Source: an uncultured Gammaproteobacteria bacterium (GTDB lineage Bacteria; Patescibacteriota; Microgenomatia; Levybacterales; UBA12049). Taken from it: DNA of 64,000 nucleotides. The notes under the pieces are model-generated. The model saw nothing but the letters and a program-made list of their open reading frames with translations. It was not told the origin of the DNA and searched no databases. How positions within the stretch are numbered: position 1 is the first letter of the stretch; each line of letters begins with the position of its first letter. The DNA lies in NCBI GenBank assembly GCA_965230895.1, contig OZ246394.1:633316-697315 (forward strand), in the 5' to 3' direction. The position numbers and the translations under genes were made by a program. This document shows positions 45,617-55,944 of the stretch, piece after piece.

Positions 45617-46903
45617 ATGACGCTTCCCTTAACTATTATTGGAAAAACTATTTCTCAAATCAGTAAATCATTAAACAGAGGTAACGGCTCGACATGGCCG
45701 GGACACATCGCTTTAAAAGGAAACAAAAATTTTATAAAAGACTTCCTGAAAAATTCGCCAATGAAAACAATCATTGTTGCTGGAACGAATGGAAAAACAA
45801 CTACTTCTTCTCTCTTGAAAAGTGCACTCGAAAACCAAGGCTTTAAAGTTTTGCAAAATGAATCAGGAGCGAACTTGCTCAATGGCGTCGCCTCCACGCT
45901 TATTTTAAATACAAATGCTTCAGGTAAACTTACTCATGATTACGCAATTTTTGAAGTCGATGAAAATGCTTTACCGCAAGTTTTGAAACAAGTAACTCCT
46001 GATTATTTACTTCTTTTAAACTTATTCCGTGATCAATTAGATCGATATGGCGAGATCCATACAATTGCTAAAAAATGGAAAGAATCAATTGAGACATTAC
46101 CTGCAACGACAAAATTAATTCTGAATGGCGATGATTCTCAAATTGCATATTTAGGCTTCACTGAGGATAAACTTTTGGCAAAATCGAGATACTATTTTGG
46201 GTTAAAAGGATCTAAAGACAAACAACAACAAGCGGCAGATTCTATATTTTGTCCTCGTTGTGGTAATAATTTAACCTTTGAGGAAATTGTTTTCTCCCAC
46301 CTCGGGAAATGGTCTTGCTCCAAATGTGGATTGAAACGCCCAACAATAAGCCAGAATACCTTCACAACATATCCCCTCTCGGGAACATATAACCAATACA
46401 ACATGCATGCTGTTGTATTGACTCTTCGGGAAATAGGAATGGAAGAAAAAGCAATTGCTGCTGCGCTTAAAGATTTTAAACCAGCGTTTGGGAGACAAGA
46501 GACGATACAGTATAAAAATAAGAATGTGCAATTATTTTTATCAAAAAATCCGACAAGTTTCAATCAATCTTTTGCGACTATCAAAGAACTAAAGGCATCA
46601 ACACTTTTACTTGTTCTTAACGATAGAATTCCTGATGGACGAGACGTTTCATGGATTTGGGATACTGATCTTTCGGGAATTGGAGACTTCAAGCATATAC
46701 TTGTAGCTGGCGATAGAGTTTATGATATGGCATTACGAGTTAAATACGAAAATTATGCGAATGTACAAACTTTTGAAAATTTGCACGAAGCAATAGCCAC
46801 AGGAATTGAGCTAACGAAAAATACTGAAACGTTCTTTATCCTCCCTACCTACTCTGCTATGCTGGATTCGCGAAAAATACTGACAGGAAAGAAAATTTTA
46901 TGA
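45617..46903 (+). CDS. murT: Mur-ligase-family lipid II isoglutaminyl synthase subunit MurT.
   Basis: It has the Mur ligase P-loop AGTNGKTTTSS, a Cys4 ribbon (CPRCGN...CSKCG) and a C-terminal DUF1727-like region. Confidence 0.65.
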   Translation: MTLPLTIIGKTISQISKSLNRGNGSTWPGHIALKGNKNFIKDFLKNSPMKTIIVAGTNGKTTTSSLLKSALENQGFKVLQNESGANLLNGVASTLILNTNASGKLTHDYAIFEVDENALPQVLKQVTPDYLLLLNLFRDQLDRYGEIHTIAKKWKESIETLPATTKLILNGDDSQIAYLGFTEDKLLAKSRYYFGLKGSKDKQQQAADSIFCPRCGNNLTFEEIVFSHLGKWSCSKCGLKRPTISQNTFTTYPLSGTYNQYNMHAVVLTLREIGMEEKAIAAALKDFKPAFGRQETIQYKNKNVQLFLSKNPTSFNQSFATIKELKASTLLLVLNDRIPDGRDVSWIWDTDLSGIGDFKHILVAGDRVYDMALRVKYENYANVQTFENLHEAIATGIELTKNTETFFILPTYSAMLDSRKILTGKKIL

Positions 46904-47451
46904 AACCAATTACATTTATCACCAGTAACGAGAACAAACTGAAACAAGTAAAAATTCATCTGAGCTATCCTGTGGAACATATTTCACTTGAATTAGATGA
47001 AATACAAAGTTTGGATCCTTACAAGATCGCAGAACATAAAGCAAAAGAAGCATATAAGAAGATTAATAAACCAGTATTAATTGAAGATACTTCATTAATC
47101 TTTAATGCCCTTGGAAAACTACCTGGACCCTTTATAAAGTTCTTTACTGACGGATTAGGACTCGAAGGTTTATGTCGAGTCCTCGATAGTTATGACGACA
47201 GATCAGCTCTTGCATGGATTATATTTGCATATTACGATGGACACGATCTGCACATCTTTGACGCTAAGCAAAAAGGAACAATCACTGAGCATCCAAGAGG
47301 TGAAAATGGGTTTGGATGGAACCCGGTTTTTGTACCCAATGGAGGAACAAAGACCTATGCAGAAATGACTGATGAAGAGAAGAAAGAGACTTCTCTGAGA
47401 AGAAAAGCATTGATCAAATTTGAACAATATTTAACAGAACATGAACAATAA
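46900..47451 (+). CDS. rdgB: Non-canonical purine NTP pyrophosphatase (Ham1/RdgB/ITPase).
   Basis: ITFITSNENKL...EDTSL...FGWNPVFVP. Confidence 0.75.
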   Translation: MKPITFITSNENKLKQVKIHLSYPVEHISLELDEIQSLDPYKIAEHKAKEAYKKINKPVLIEDTSLIFNALGKLPGPFIKFFTDGLGLEGLCRVLDSYDDRSALAWIIFAYYDGHDLHIFDAKQKGTITEHPRGENGFGWNPVFVPNGGTKTYAEMTDEEKKETSLRRKALIKFEQYLTEHEQ

Positions 47452-48100
47452 AGAAGTTATAAATAATCTCTTTGCATTTTACATAATGGCTGAAAAACTG
47501 AAGACAGTACATCGGCATTCCTTTACGAGTAACACTGATCGGATAGAATCAACTGCTGAGCATTCTTGGATGGTTTGTCTTATTGCGATGACCTTATTTG
47601 AACATATAAGTTTAAAGGTTGATCAGTTGAAAGTATTAAAAATGCTTGTGATTCATGATCTGGCTGAGGCAATTACAGGTGACATCCCTGGTTTTGATGC
47701 GAAAGGACGAATAGGAAAATATGAGCGAGAAAAGAAGGCTCTTGAAGAGTTACTTACTCCCCTTCCTGAAAGTACGCAAAGAGAATTTTTCGAGCTTTGG
47801 GAAGAGCATGAAGAGAATGAGACAAATGAAGCAAAAGTTGCTCAAGCAATTGACAAATTCGAGGCTCCACTACAACACAATATCTTTGGCCCAGAAAAAT
47901 GGGATCAAGGTGATTTCGATTTTCATGGTGGCTATAAAATGGAATTCCACCAGTTTGAGCCGTTTATAAAAGAACTCCGTGATGAATTGGAAGAGATGTC
48001 TCGCAAGAAGATAACAAAAGCGAATCTTGTCCATCGACTTCCGGAACGCATACAACAACAATATAAAGCAATGGAGGAAAGTGATGAAAAGAACAGATAA
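47441..48100 (+). CDS. HD-domain hydrolase (YfbR-like 5'-deoxynucleotidase family).
   Basis: HSWMVCLIA...VIHDLAEAITGDIPGFD. Confidence 0.65.
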   Translation: MNNKEVINNLFAFYIMAEKLKTVHRHSFTSNTDRIESTAEHSWMVCLIAMTLFEHISLKVDQLKVLKMLVIHDLAEAITGDIPGFDAKGRIGKYEREKKALEELLTPLPESTQREFFELWEEHEENETNEAKVAQAIDKFEAPLQHNIFGPEKWDQGDFDFHGGYKMEFHQFEPFIKELRDELEEMSRKKITKANLVHRLPERIQQQYKAMEESDEKNR

Positions 48101-48857
48101 TTTGAAATTGAAAATCGGTTGGCTTTACCCGCAACTTATGAGCACATATGGAGACCGAGGAAATATTATCGTCTTACAAAAACGATGCGAATGGCGTGAC
48201 ATCCAAGTTGAAATCGTACCCATCGATTCATCAACAAATGATAAGGATCTCCTTTCAATTGATCTACTTTTTGGTGGCGGAGCGCAAGATCGTGAGCAAG
48301 AGATTGTCATGCAAAATCTTCATAAAAAAAAGAAACCAATTAAAGAATTAATTGAACGGGATATACCTGCACTATTTGTTTGTGGATCTCCGCAACTCAT
48401 GGGGAAATATTACGAACCTTCTGAAGGCAAAAAAATCGAAGGTTTAGGAATATTCGATATGTACTCAAAACATCCTGGACCAAAAGATGATCGATTAATT
48501 GGAAACCTCGTCGCCTCCATCCAATTCCCAGAGACAATTGCACAGACAACTGTTATTGGATTTGAGAATCATGGAGGAAGAACATATTTGGGCGAAAAGG
48601 TAAAACCATTTGCAAAAGTTATCAAAGGTTTCGGGAATAATGGTACAGATGGAACTGAAGGAGTTGTCTATAAAAATGCAATTGGATGTTATCTCCACGG
48701 TCCACTTCTTCCAAAGAATCCTCAAATCGCTGATTATTTGATCCAAAAAGCTTTGGAGGTCAAGTATAAAAAGGCTTTCACTCTCCATTCACTCGATGAC
48801 TCATTAGAGCAAAAAGCACAAAAAAGCTTATTAAAACGGTTTAATATTCAAGTCTAA
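48084..48857 (+). CDS. gatD: GatD-type glutamine amidotransferase (CobB/CobQ-like GATase), partner of MurT. The ORF track starts at 48027, but the ATG at 48084 is more likely.
   Basis: KIGWLYPQLMSTYGDRGN ... LFVCGSPQLMG (catalytic Cys) ... CYLHGPLLPKNP (His). Confidence 0.65.
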   Translation: MKRTDNLKLKIGWLYPQLMSTYGDRGNIIVLQKRCEWRDIQVEIVPIDSSTNDKDLLSIDLLFGGGAQDREQEIVMQNLHKKKKPIKELIERDIPALFVCGSPQLMGKYYEPSEGKKIEGLGIFDMYSKHPGPKDDRLIGNLVASIQFPETIAQTTVIGFENHGGRTYLGEKVKPFAKVIKGFGNNGTDGTEGVVYKNAIGCYLHGPLLPKNPQIADYLIQKALEVKYKKAFTLHSLDDSLEQKAQKSLLKRFNIQV

Positions 48858-48898
48858 TCCGGCTTGCGATTTTTCATCGCAGAGCATATAATAGCTTC

Positions 48899-49183
48899 AT
48901 GAAATTAGATGTTTCCCACATTGCAAAACTTGCAAATCTCCCCCTCAAAGATGAAGAAAAAAAGAAATTAGAAGCACAACTAGAAGAGACTCTCACCTAT
49001 ATTGAGAACCTCAAGGAAGTTGATACCAAACATGTTGAACCAACAGCTCATGTTACTGGATTAGAAAATGTTACTCGAGTAGATGTAGCAACTGAATCTT
49101 TGACACAGAAGCAAGCGCTTTCTAATGCAAAGAAAACACACGATGGCTTTTTCCAAGTGGACGCAATTTTAGATAATGAATAA
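48899..49183 (+). CDS. gatC: Glu-tRNA(Gln)/Asp-tRNA(Asn) amidotransferase subunit C.
   Basis: It is 94 aa with DVSHIAKLANLPL...EPTAHV. Confidence 0.75.
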   Translation: MKLDVSHIAKLANLPLKDEEKKKLEAQLEETLTYIENLKEVDTKHVEPTAHVTGLENVTRVDVATESLTQKQALSNAKKTHDGFFQVDAILDNE

Positions 49184-49862
49184 AGACTTAACAACAATAT
49201 ACCTTGTCAGACACGGTGAATCTGAAGCGAATGTGCTTGCAGAGAAAGACGAAGAAGTAAATACCGCAATTGAATTTGATGACACGGAAGGAGCACCATT
49301 ATCACCAAAAGGAAGAGTGCAAATTAAAGAACTGGCAGAACATTTAAAAGATGTTCATTTTGATGCGTTCTTTTCATCGAGCTTGATCCGAGCAAACGAA
49401 ACAGCTAAGGCTGTTGCAATGGAAAGAAATTTAGCAGTTCAGGCAAGCGACTTAATACGAGAGAGAGAACTTTCTCGTTATATGAAAGCACTTGGTGGAA
49501 GCAAGCAAAAATCTCAAATCAAACGTGAAATGCAGCAGGAACTGCAAGCATTAGATGATGCTTCCAAGATGCAGTACAAGCATTCTTCCGTCATGGAAAG
49601 CGCTGAAGAAGCAGCAGTAAGACAGCTAACATTTTTACGAGAGATCGCTCTTGCTTATTCGGGAAAAACTATACTGGTTGCAAGCCATGGAAACCTCATC
49701 AGAAGTGCTCTAACGAAACTTGGTTGGGCCACATTTGATGAATTGCCTGACGGAGCAGTAGATAACACTGGTTATGTAATACTAGAATGTGATGGAGTTG
49801 ATTTCTTTATTAAAGAGACTCATGGCGTTCACAAAAAGGACAATACGCAAAGGATTTGGTAA
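49176..49862 (+). CDS. Histidine phosphatase superfamily (PGM-like) protein.
   Basis: IYLVRHGESEANV ... the RHG motif. It is inserted between gatC and gatA. Confidence 0.7.
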   Translation: MNKDLTTIYLVRHGESEANVLAEKDEEVNTAIEFDDTEGAPLSPKGRVQIKELAEHLKDVHFDAFFSSSLIRANETAKAVAMERNLAVQASDLIRERELSRYMKALGGSKQKSQIKREMQQELQALDDASKMQYKHSSVMESAEEAAVRQLTFLREIALAYSGKTILVASHGNLIRSALTKLGWATFDELPDGAVDNTGYVILECDGVDFFIKETHGVHKKDNTQRIW

Positions 49863-51274
49863 CTATGAAATATAATCATTTAACAATAAAACAAGCACTA
49901 GAAGGCTTACAGAAAAAAGAATTTACATCTGTTGAACTTACAGAAATGTATCTGAAAAGGATTAAAGAAGTTGAAAAAAAGGTAAATGCTTTCGTTACTG
50001 TTACGGAAGAAGAAGCTTTAAAGAATGCAAAAGAAGCAGACAAAAAGAGAGCTCAAGGAATTGAATCTCCCCTTCTGGGAGTTCCTCTTTCAGTTAAAGA
50101 TAATTTCTCAACAAATGGCATACGGACAACCGCTTCAAGTAAAGTTCTTGATCAATATGTACCGCCGTTTGATTCTACTGTAGTCAGTAAGTTGAAAGAT
50201 GCTGGCATGGTACTACTCGGAAAAACAAACATGGATGCTTGGGCACATGGTTCTTCGACAGAAACTTCTGATTATGGATCATCACGAAACCCATGGAATA
50301 CAGAACATCTTCCTGGCGGTTCATCGGGTGGAGCTGCAGCAAGTGTGGCCGCAGATGAAACGGTGGCTGCAATCGGATCAGAAACAGCAGGTTCAATTCG
50401 TCAGCCAGCAAGCTGGTGCGGAGTGGTCGGTTTAAAGCCTACCTATGGCCGTGTAAGCCGCTATGGCGTGATTGCAATGGGCTCTTCGCTTGATAGTCCG
50501 GGTCCAATTACTAAGACCGTTGAGGACAGCGCTCTACTCCTTCAAGTGTTAGCTGGACAAGATCCACATGATGCGACCACATCTCCAATTGCTGTACCTG
50601 ATTATTTAGCTTCGATGAAGAAAGATATTAAAGGACTAAAAATTGGTATTTCTGAGGATTACTTTGAAGGGGTTAATGAAGAAGTGAAAGCACAAGTTGA
50701 GAAAGAATTAAAAGTATTTGAAACGCTTGGTGCGCAAATTAAAAAGATTAAACTCTTCCATCCTAAGTACGCAATCGCTCTTTACACAATCCTTCAGCGT
50801 GCTGAAGTATCATCAAACTTAGCTCGATACGATGGAATCCGGTATGGAAACGATCGTTCAGCCTTTGGAGATGAGGCAAAACGACGTGTAATGCTGGGAA
50901 CATATACTCTTTCTGCTGGATATTATGATGAATATTACAATAAGGCATTGAAAGTACGAACGGTTATCATTGAAGATTTCAAAAAAGCTTTCAAAGATGT
51001 TGATGTTATCATTGGCCCAACAAGTCCCACAACTTCTCTTAAAGTTGGCGCTACTGAAGATCAATCTATGTTTGGCGAACTTGCTGACGTCCTTGTTGAG
51101 CCCTCTTCAATTGCTGGGCTTTCGGGGATTAACGTTCCATGTGGTTTCTCAAGTGAGGGATTACCTATTGGACTGCAAATCATTGGGCCTCAGTTTGCTG
51201 AGGAAGTAGTAATCAATGCAGCGTACAAGTACGAACAAGCAACAAATTGGATGGAAAGGAAGCCAAATCTATGA
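49856..51274 (+). CDS. gatA: Glu-tRNA(Gln) amidotransferase subunit A (amidase signature family).
   Basis: GGSSGGAAASVAA ... GSETAGSIRQPAS is the amidase signature. Confidence 0.9.
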   Translation: MVTMKYNHLTIKQALEGLQKKEFTSVELTEMYLKRIKEVEKKVNAFVTVTEEEALKNAKEADKKRAQGIESPLLGVPLSVKDNFSTNGIRTTASSKVLDQYVPPFDSTVVSKLKDAGMVLLGKTNMDAWAHGSSTETSDYGSSRNPWNTEHLPGGSSGGAAASVAADETVAAIGSETAGSIRQPASWCGVVGLKPTYGRVSRYGVIAMGSSLDSPGPITKTVEDSALLLQVLAGQDPHDATTSPIAVPDYLASMKKDIKGLKIGISEDYFEGVNEEVKAQVEKELKVFETLGAQIKKIKLFHPKYAIALYTILQRAEVSSNLARYDGIRYGNDRSAFGDEAKRRVMLGTYTLSAGYYDEYYNKALKVRTVIIEDFKKAFKDVDVIIGPTSPTTSLKVGATEDQSMFGELADVLVEPSSIAGLSGINVPCGFSSEGLPIGLQIIGPQFAEEVVINAAYKYEQATNWMERKPNL

Positions 51275-52587
51275 GTAAATTGACGCCAATTATTGGACTT
51301 GAGGTCCATGTAGAATTAAAGACAAAATCAAAGATGTTTTGTGGCTGTTCTGCTGATTATTTCGGGAAAAATCCAAATAGTCACACTTGCCCTGTTTGTC
51401 TTGGATTACCAGGAGCGCTTCCTGTTCCAAATAAAACAGCTATTGATTGGTGTATAAAAATTGCCCTCGCTTTAAATTGCAAAATCAATTCGTACTCAAA
51501 ATTTGATCGTAAGAATTATTTCTATCCTGACCTTTCAAAAGGGTATCAAATAAGTCAGTATGATTTACCTTTTGGATATGAAGGGTACATTGAACTTTCT
51601 TCGGGAAAAAAGATTGGCATTACACGCGTTCACATGGAAGAAGACACAGGAAAGCTTTCACACCAAGATGTGAAGCAAGAACGCGTAAGTTTGATTGATT
51701 TTAATCGAAGTGGAGTACCTTTAGTCGAAATTGTAACCGAGCCAGACTTCCATGATGCTTTAGAAGTAAAAGAATATTTGCAAAAATTGCAGCAAATTGT
51801 CCGCTATTTGGATGTTTCTAATGCTGATATGGAAAAAGGTGAGATGAGACTTGAGCCAAATATCTCGCTTTCTCCAGATCCGAAGAAATTGCCAAACTAC
51901 AAAGTTGAGGTCAAAAACATTAATTCGTTCAAGTTCGTCGAGAAGGCAGTAAACTACGAAATCAAGCGACAAGATGCAATTTTGGAGAGAAACGAAGTCC
52001 CAGCACAGGAGACAAGAGGTTGGGATGATCATCGTCAAAAAACGTTCTCTCAAAGATCAAAAGAAGATGCTCATGATTACAGATATTTCCCTGAGCCTGA
52101 TATTCCTCCAATATTGAACAGTAAGGAAGAAATTAGCACTCTATTAAAATCAGTGCCAGAATTACCGGACAAAAAAACAAAACGCTTTGAGAAGGAATTT
52201 AGCCTCAGTTTTTATGATTCTGAGATACTTACCCGAGAAAAATCTTTGGCAGACTTCTTTGAAGAAGCAGTACGAGAAGGAAAAGCGCAAAAGCTAAATC
52301 CGAAAGATATTGCTAATTATATTATCAACAAAAAGGTCGATGAGAGTTCTATTTCCCCTATCGCTTTAGTACAGCAAATTGTCGCGAGTAAACAAACTGT
52401 TCAGATCGATGAGAAAGAATTAGAGCGAATCATTAAGGAGGTTATTTCTGAAAATGAAAGAGCAGTGAGTGACTATAAAAGTGGTAAAGAAGCTTCTCTT
52501 ATGTTCTTGTTGGGACAAGTAATGAAAAAACTTGGCAAAAAAGTAGATGTAAATCTTGTTAAAGATCGTATTAAAAAAGCTCTTTAA
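51271..52587 (+). CDS. gatB: Glu-tRNA(Gln) amidotransferase subunit B.
   Basis: IIGLEVHVELKT..., and a C-terminal GatB/YqeY domain. The start ATG overlaps the gatA stop as ATGA. Confidence 0.9.
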   Translation: MSKLTPIIGLEVHVELKTKSKMFCGCSADYFGKNPNSHTCPVCLGLPGALPVPNKTAIDWCIKIALALNCKINSYSKFDRKNYFYPDLSKGYQISQYDLPFGYEGYIELSSGKKIGITRVHMEEDTGKLSHQDVKQERVSLIDFNRSGVPLVEIVTEPDFHDALEVKEYLQKLQQIVRYLDVSNADMEKGEMRLEPNISLSPDPKKLPNYKVEVKNINSFKFVEKAVNYEIKRQDAILERNEVPAQETRGWDDHRQKTFSQRSKEDAHDYRYFPEPDIPPILNSKEEISTLLKSVPELPDKKTKRFEKEFSLSFYDSEILTREKSLADFFEEAVREGKAQKLNPKDIANYIINKKVDESSISPIALVQQIVASKQTVQIDEKELERIIKEVISENERAVSDYKSGKEASLMFLLGQVMKKLGKKVDVNLVKDRIKKAL

Positions 52588-52652
52588 GACGATTTCGTGC
52601 TTGTAATGGTTTCCTCGACAAACCGTATATAACTATCTATAATAAATTTCTC

Positions 52653-55600
52653 ATGGCTGATTTCGTTCACCTTCATAACCACTCTGAATTTTCTCTCCTT
52701 GATGGGCTCCAAAAAACAAAAAATATGGTAGCGTATGCCAAAGAGCTTGGCATGAAGGCTCTCGCAATAACAGATCATGGCAACATGTACGGGACGATTA
52801 AATTCTATCAAGCATGTAAAGCTGCAGGTATTAAACCAATCATAGGCTGCGAAATATATGTGAGCAAACGATCACTCCATGATAAAGATGGTGCTCAAGA
52901 TAAAGATTATAACCATTTGATCCTTTTGGCGGAAAATGAAGAAGGGTACAAAAACCTGATGAGAATTGTCACAGTAGCCAATCTTGAAGGATATTATTAT
53001 AAACCTCGAACTGACCTTGCACTGTTAGAAAAACATAAAGAAGGAATCATATGTTTAAGTGCCTGTGTAAATGGTTATGTGAGTGAACCTTTAATGAAAG
53101 GCGATGACGAGTTAGGAGAAAAACGTGCCTTGCAGCTTGCAAAAATATATGGTCCAAACAACTTTTTCCTCGAAATCCAACACCATTTGAATGTACCTCC
53201 ACAAGAGCCAGTGAACAAAAAACTACTTGCTCTCTCAAAAAAACTTGGATTACCAATCGTAGCTACGAATGACAACCATTACACTAAGAAAGAAGATGCT
53301 GAGGGACAAGAAGCTCTACTTTGTATCCAAACGCAATCTACCCTTTTGGATAAGGATCGCAAGCTTTCAATGGTTTCTTCTCCTGACTTTTATATTAAAT
53401 CAGCTGAAGAGATGGAAAAACTTTTCGCAGAAACCCCTGAAGCAATTGAAAATGCAAATAAAATTGCTGAACGTTGCAATGTCGAAATAACCTTGGGTAA
53501 ATGGCATATGCCAGTATTTGAGGTTCCAGACGGACTTAGTGCTGCAGATTATTTGACAAAGCTAGTCTACGAAGGAGCTAAGTTCAGATATGGCGAAATT
53601 ACCGAAGAAATCAAAGAACGATTAGAGTATGAATTATCAGTCATTGTTAAAAAAGGCTACGAAACCTACTTCCTTGTTGTATCTGATTTTGTGAATTGGG
53701 CAAAAGACCATGGAGTTGCCGTAGGTCCTGGAAGAGGTTCTGCAGCGGGATCAGTTGTGGGATATTGTTTGAAAATTACTGACGCTGATCCATTCTTTTT
53801 CAAACTTCCCTTTGAACGATTTTTAAACCCACTTCGTCCGTCTGCACCTGATATTGACCTTGATTTTGCAGATACTCGTCGAGAAGAAGTTATCGCATAT
53901 GTTACAGAGCGGTATGGTAAGGACAAAGTTGCTCAGATCATCACTTTTGGAACGATGGAAGCCAAAGGAGCAATTCGTGATGTTGGTCGCGTTATGGGCA
54001 TGCCATATGCTGCACCAGATAGAATTTCCAAGATGATTCCACCTGCAGTTCTCGGGAAAAGTCCATCAATTGATGATTCACTCGCGCAAAGTACAGAACT
54101 CCGATCTGCATATCTAAATGAACCTGATACGAAGAAACTTATCGATCTAGCGAAAAAACTTGAAGGTGTTGCAAGACATGCTTCAATTCATGCAGCAGGT
54201 GTTGTGATTGCGGATAAACCACTTACTGAATACGTCCCTCTCCAGCGAGAATCAAATGGGGACAAAGTCGTGACGCAATACGATATGTACACCGTGGGAG
54301 AAGATGGCGTAGGTTTGTTGAAAATGGATTTTCTCGGATTGAGAAATTTAACCATTATTGAAGAATGTTTGAAGTTCGTTAAGGAAAACCAAGGCATCGA
54401 AGTAGACTTTACGAAGGTCGACCTTGAAGATAAGAAGACCTATGACCTGCTTTCTGAAGGTGAAACAACTGGTATATTCCAGCTAGAATCTGCCGGCATG
54501 CGTCGATATATTAAGGAATTAAAACCCACAACAATCTTTGACTTACAGGCTATGGTTGCGCTTTACCGCCCTGGACCGATGGCTATTATCCCCGAGTTTA
54601 TCAAACGAAAACATAACCCTGAAACTATTGATTATCCAGATCCTCGTTTGAAAGATATTTTGCAGCAATCGTATGGAGTACTGACCTATCAGGATGATGT
54701 GTTACTAACTGCAATTACACTTGCGGGATACACATGGTTAGACGCTGATAAGTTCCGTAAAGCGATGGGTAAGAAAATTCTTTCTGAGATGAAAAAGCAG
54801 GAAGAGATGTTCCTTGCAGGCTGTGTCAAAAATGGCTTAACCCAGAAGCGTGCCGCTGAAATTTATGAGCTTATTGCACCATTTGCAGGCTATGGTTTCA
54901 ACAAAGCACATGCAGCTTGTTATGCTATTATCGCTTTTAGAACTGCTTACCTCAAAGCAAATTATCCAGTTGAATTTATGACTGCATTATTAACTGCTGA
55001 ATCACGTGGAACGTCTGGACCTGCAAAAAATGAGAAGATAGCTCAGGCTGTCATGGAATGTAAGCGTCTTAAAATCCCTCTTCTTCCACCTGATATTAAT
55101 AAGTCGGAAAAAGATTTTAGTATTGAGGATGGGACGAAGATCCGATTCGGAATGTCTGCTGTTAAAAATGTCGGTGATGCAGCAATTGATAATATTTTAG
55201 AAGCACGAAAGAGCAGAAAGTTTAATACAATTGAAGATTTTCTCGCCAGACTTACACTCTCTACTGTAAATAAAAAGACGCTTGAATCACTCATAAAAGT
55301 TGGTGCAATGGATGCTTTTGGTAATCGTGCATCTCTTTTAATTGCCTTTCCTGAAATTGTGGGAAAAATTAATTTGATTCGTAAACAGCAAGCTGAAGGA
55401 CAAGCATCGCTTTTTGATGCTGTTGACGAAGAATCTGAAGACTCTGCGAATATTGATTTCTCATTAACGGAAATTGAAGATTTTACAAAAGAAGAGAAAT
55501 TGAATTTTGAGCGGGATTTCTTAGGAATCTATTTAACTGCCCATCCACATATGGATAAGTTAATACATTTAAAATCAATGGGTGCAATCGGATTTGATGA

Positions 55601-55907
55601 ATTAGAAGAACAAGAACAAGGAAGTATTGTAAAAGTTGGTGGCATTATTGATAGCGTTAAACGGATTTTCACTAAAAAAACAAATGCTGAGATGGCATTT
55701 CTCAGTCTAGCGGATGAAAAGGGTACATTAATTGAATGCGTAGTATTTCCTAAATCTTTTGAACTCTTTAAGAATATCCTTTTAAAGGATAGTGTTATTA
55801 TAGTTAATGGTAAGTACGACACAAAAAACGATAAACCCACACTTTTGGCAGAAAGTATTATATCGCTTGATACGATGCGCCTTGACTTACAATCAAAGAC
55901 AAATTAA
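52653..55907 (+). CDS. dnaE: DNA polymerase III alpha subunit.
   Basis: It is 1084 aa. The N-terminal PHP domain has HLHNHSEFSLLDG. The polymerase core and OB-fold region are present. Confidence 0.9.
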   Translation: MADFVHLHNHSEFSLLDGLQKTKNMVAYAKELGMKALAITDHGNMYGTIKFYQACKAAGIKPIIGCEIYVSKRSLHDKDGAQDKDYNHLILLAENEEGYKNLMRIVTVANLEGYYYKPRTDLALLEKHKEGIICLSACVNGYVSEPLMKGDDELGEKRALQLAKIYGPNNFFLEIQHHLNVPPQEPVNKKLLALSKKLGLPIVATNDNHYTKKEDAEGQEALLCIQTQSTLLDKDRKLSMVSSPDFYIKSAEEMEKLFAETPEAIENANKIAERCNVEITLGKWHMPVFEVPDGLSAADYLTKLVYEGAKFRYGEITEEIKERLEYELSVIVKKGYETYFLVVSDFVNWAKDHGVAVGPGRGSAAGSVVGYCLKITDADPFFFKLPFERFLNPLRPSAPDIDLDFADTRREEVIAYVTERYGKDKVAQIITFGTMEAKGAIRDVGRVMGMPYAAPDRISKMIPPAVLGKSPSIDDSLAQSTELRSAYLNEPDTKKLIDLAKKLEGVARHASIHAAGVVIADKPLTEYVPLQRESNGDKVVTQYDMYTVGEDGVGLLKMDFLGLRNLTIIEECLKFVKENQGIEVDFTKVDLEDKKTYDLLSEGETTGIFQLESAGMRRYIKELKPTTIFDLQAMVALYRPGPMAIIPEFIKRKHNPETIDYPDPRLKDILQQSYGVLTYQDDVLLTAITLAGYTWLDADKFRKAMGKKILSEMKKQEEMFLAGCVKNGLTQKRAAEIYELIAPFAGYGFNKAHAACYAIIAFRTAYLKANYPVEFMTALLTAESRGTSGPAKNEKIAQAVMECKRLKIPLLPPDINKSEKDFSIEDGTKIRFGMSAVKNVGDAAIDNILEARKSRKFNTIEDFLARLTLSTVNKKTLESLIKVGAMDAFGNRASLLIAFPEIVGKINLIRKQQAEGQASLFDAVDEESEDSANIDFSLTEIEDFTKEEKLNFERDFLGIYLTAHPHMDKLIHLKSMGAIGFDELEEQEQGSIVKVGGIIDSVKRIFTKKTNAEMAFLSLADEKGTLIECVVFPKSFELFKNILLKDSVIIVNGKYDTKNDKPTLLAESIISLDTMRLDLQSKTN

Positions 55908-55944
55908 AATGTAAGCGCCTGATCACTCAGGTATTTTTTATTTT

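Noticed and set aside
51247-51270. A TTG-initiated 5' extension of gatB (MDGKEAKS...) in the ORF track.
   Set aside because: The ATG at 51271 overlaps the gatA stop in the classic ATGA arrangement and gives the conserved N-terminus MSKLTPIIGLEVH. The extension is unlikely to be real.
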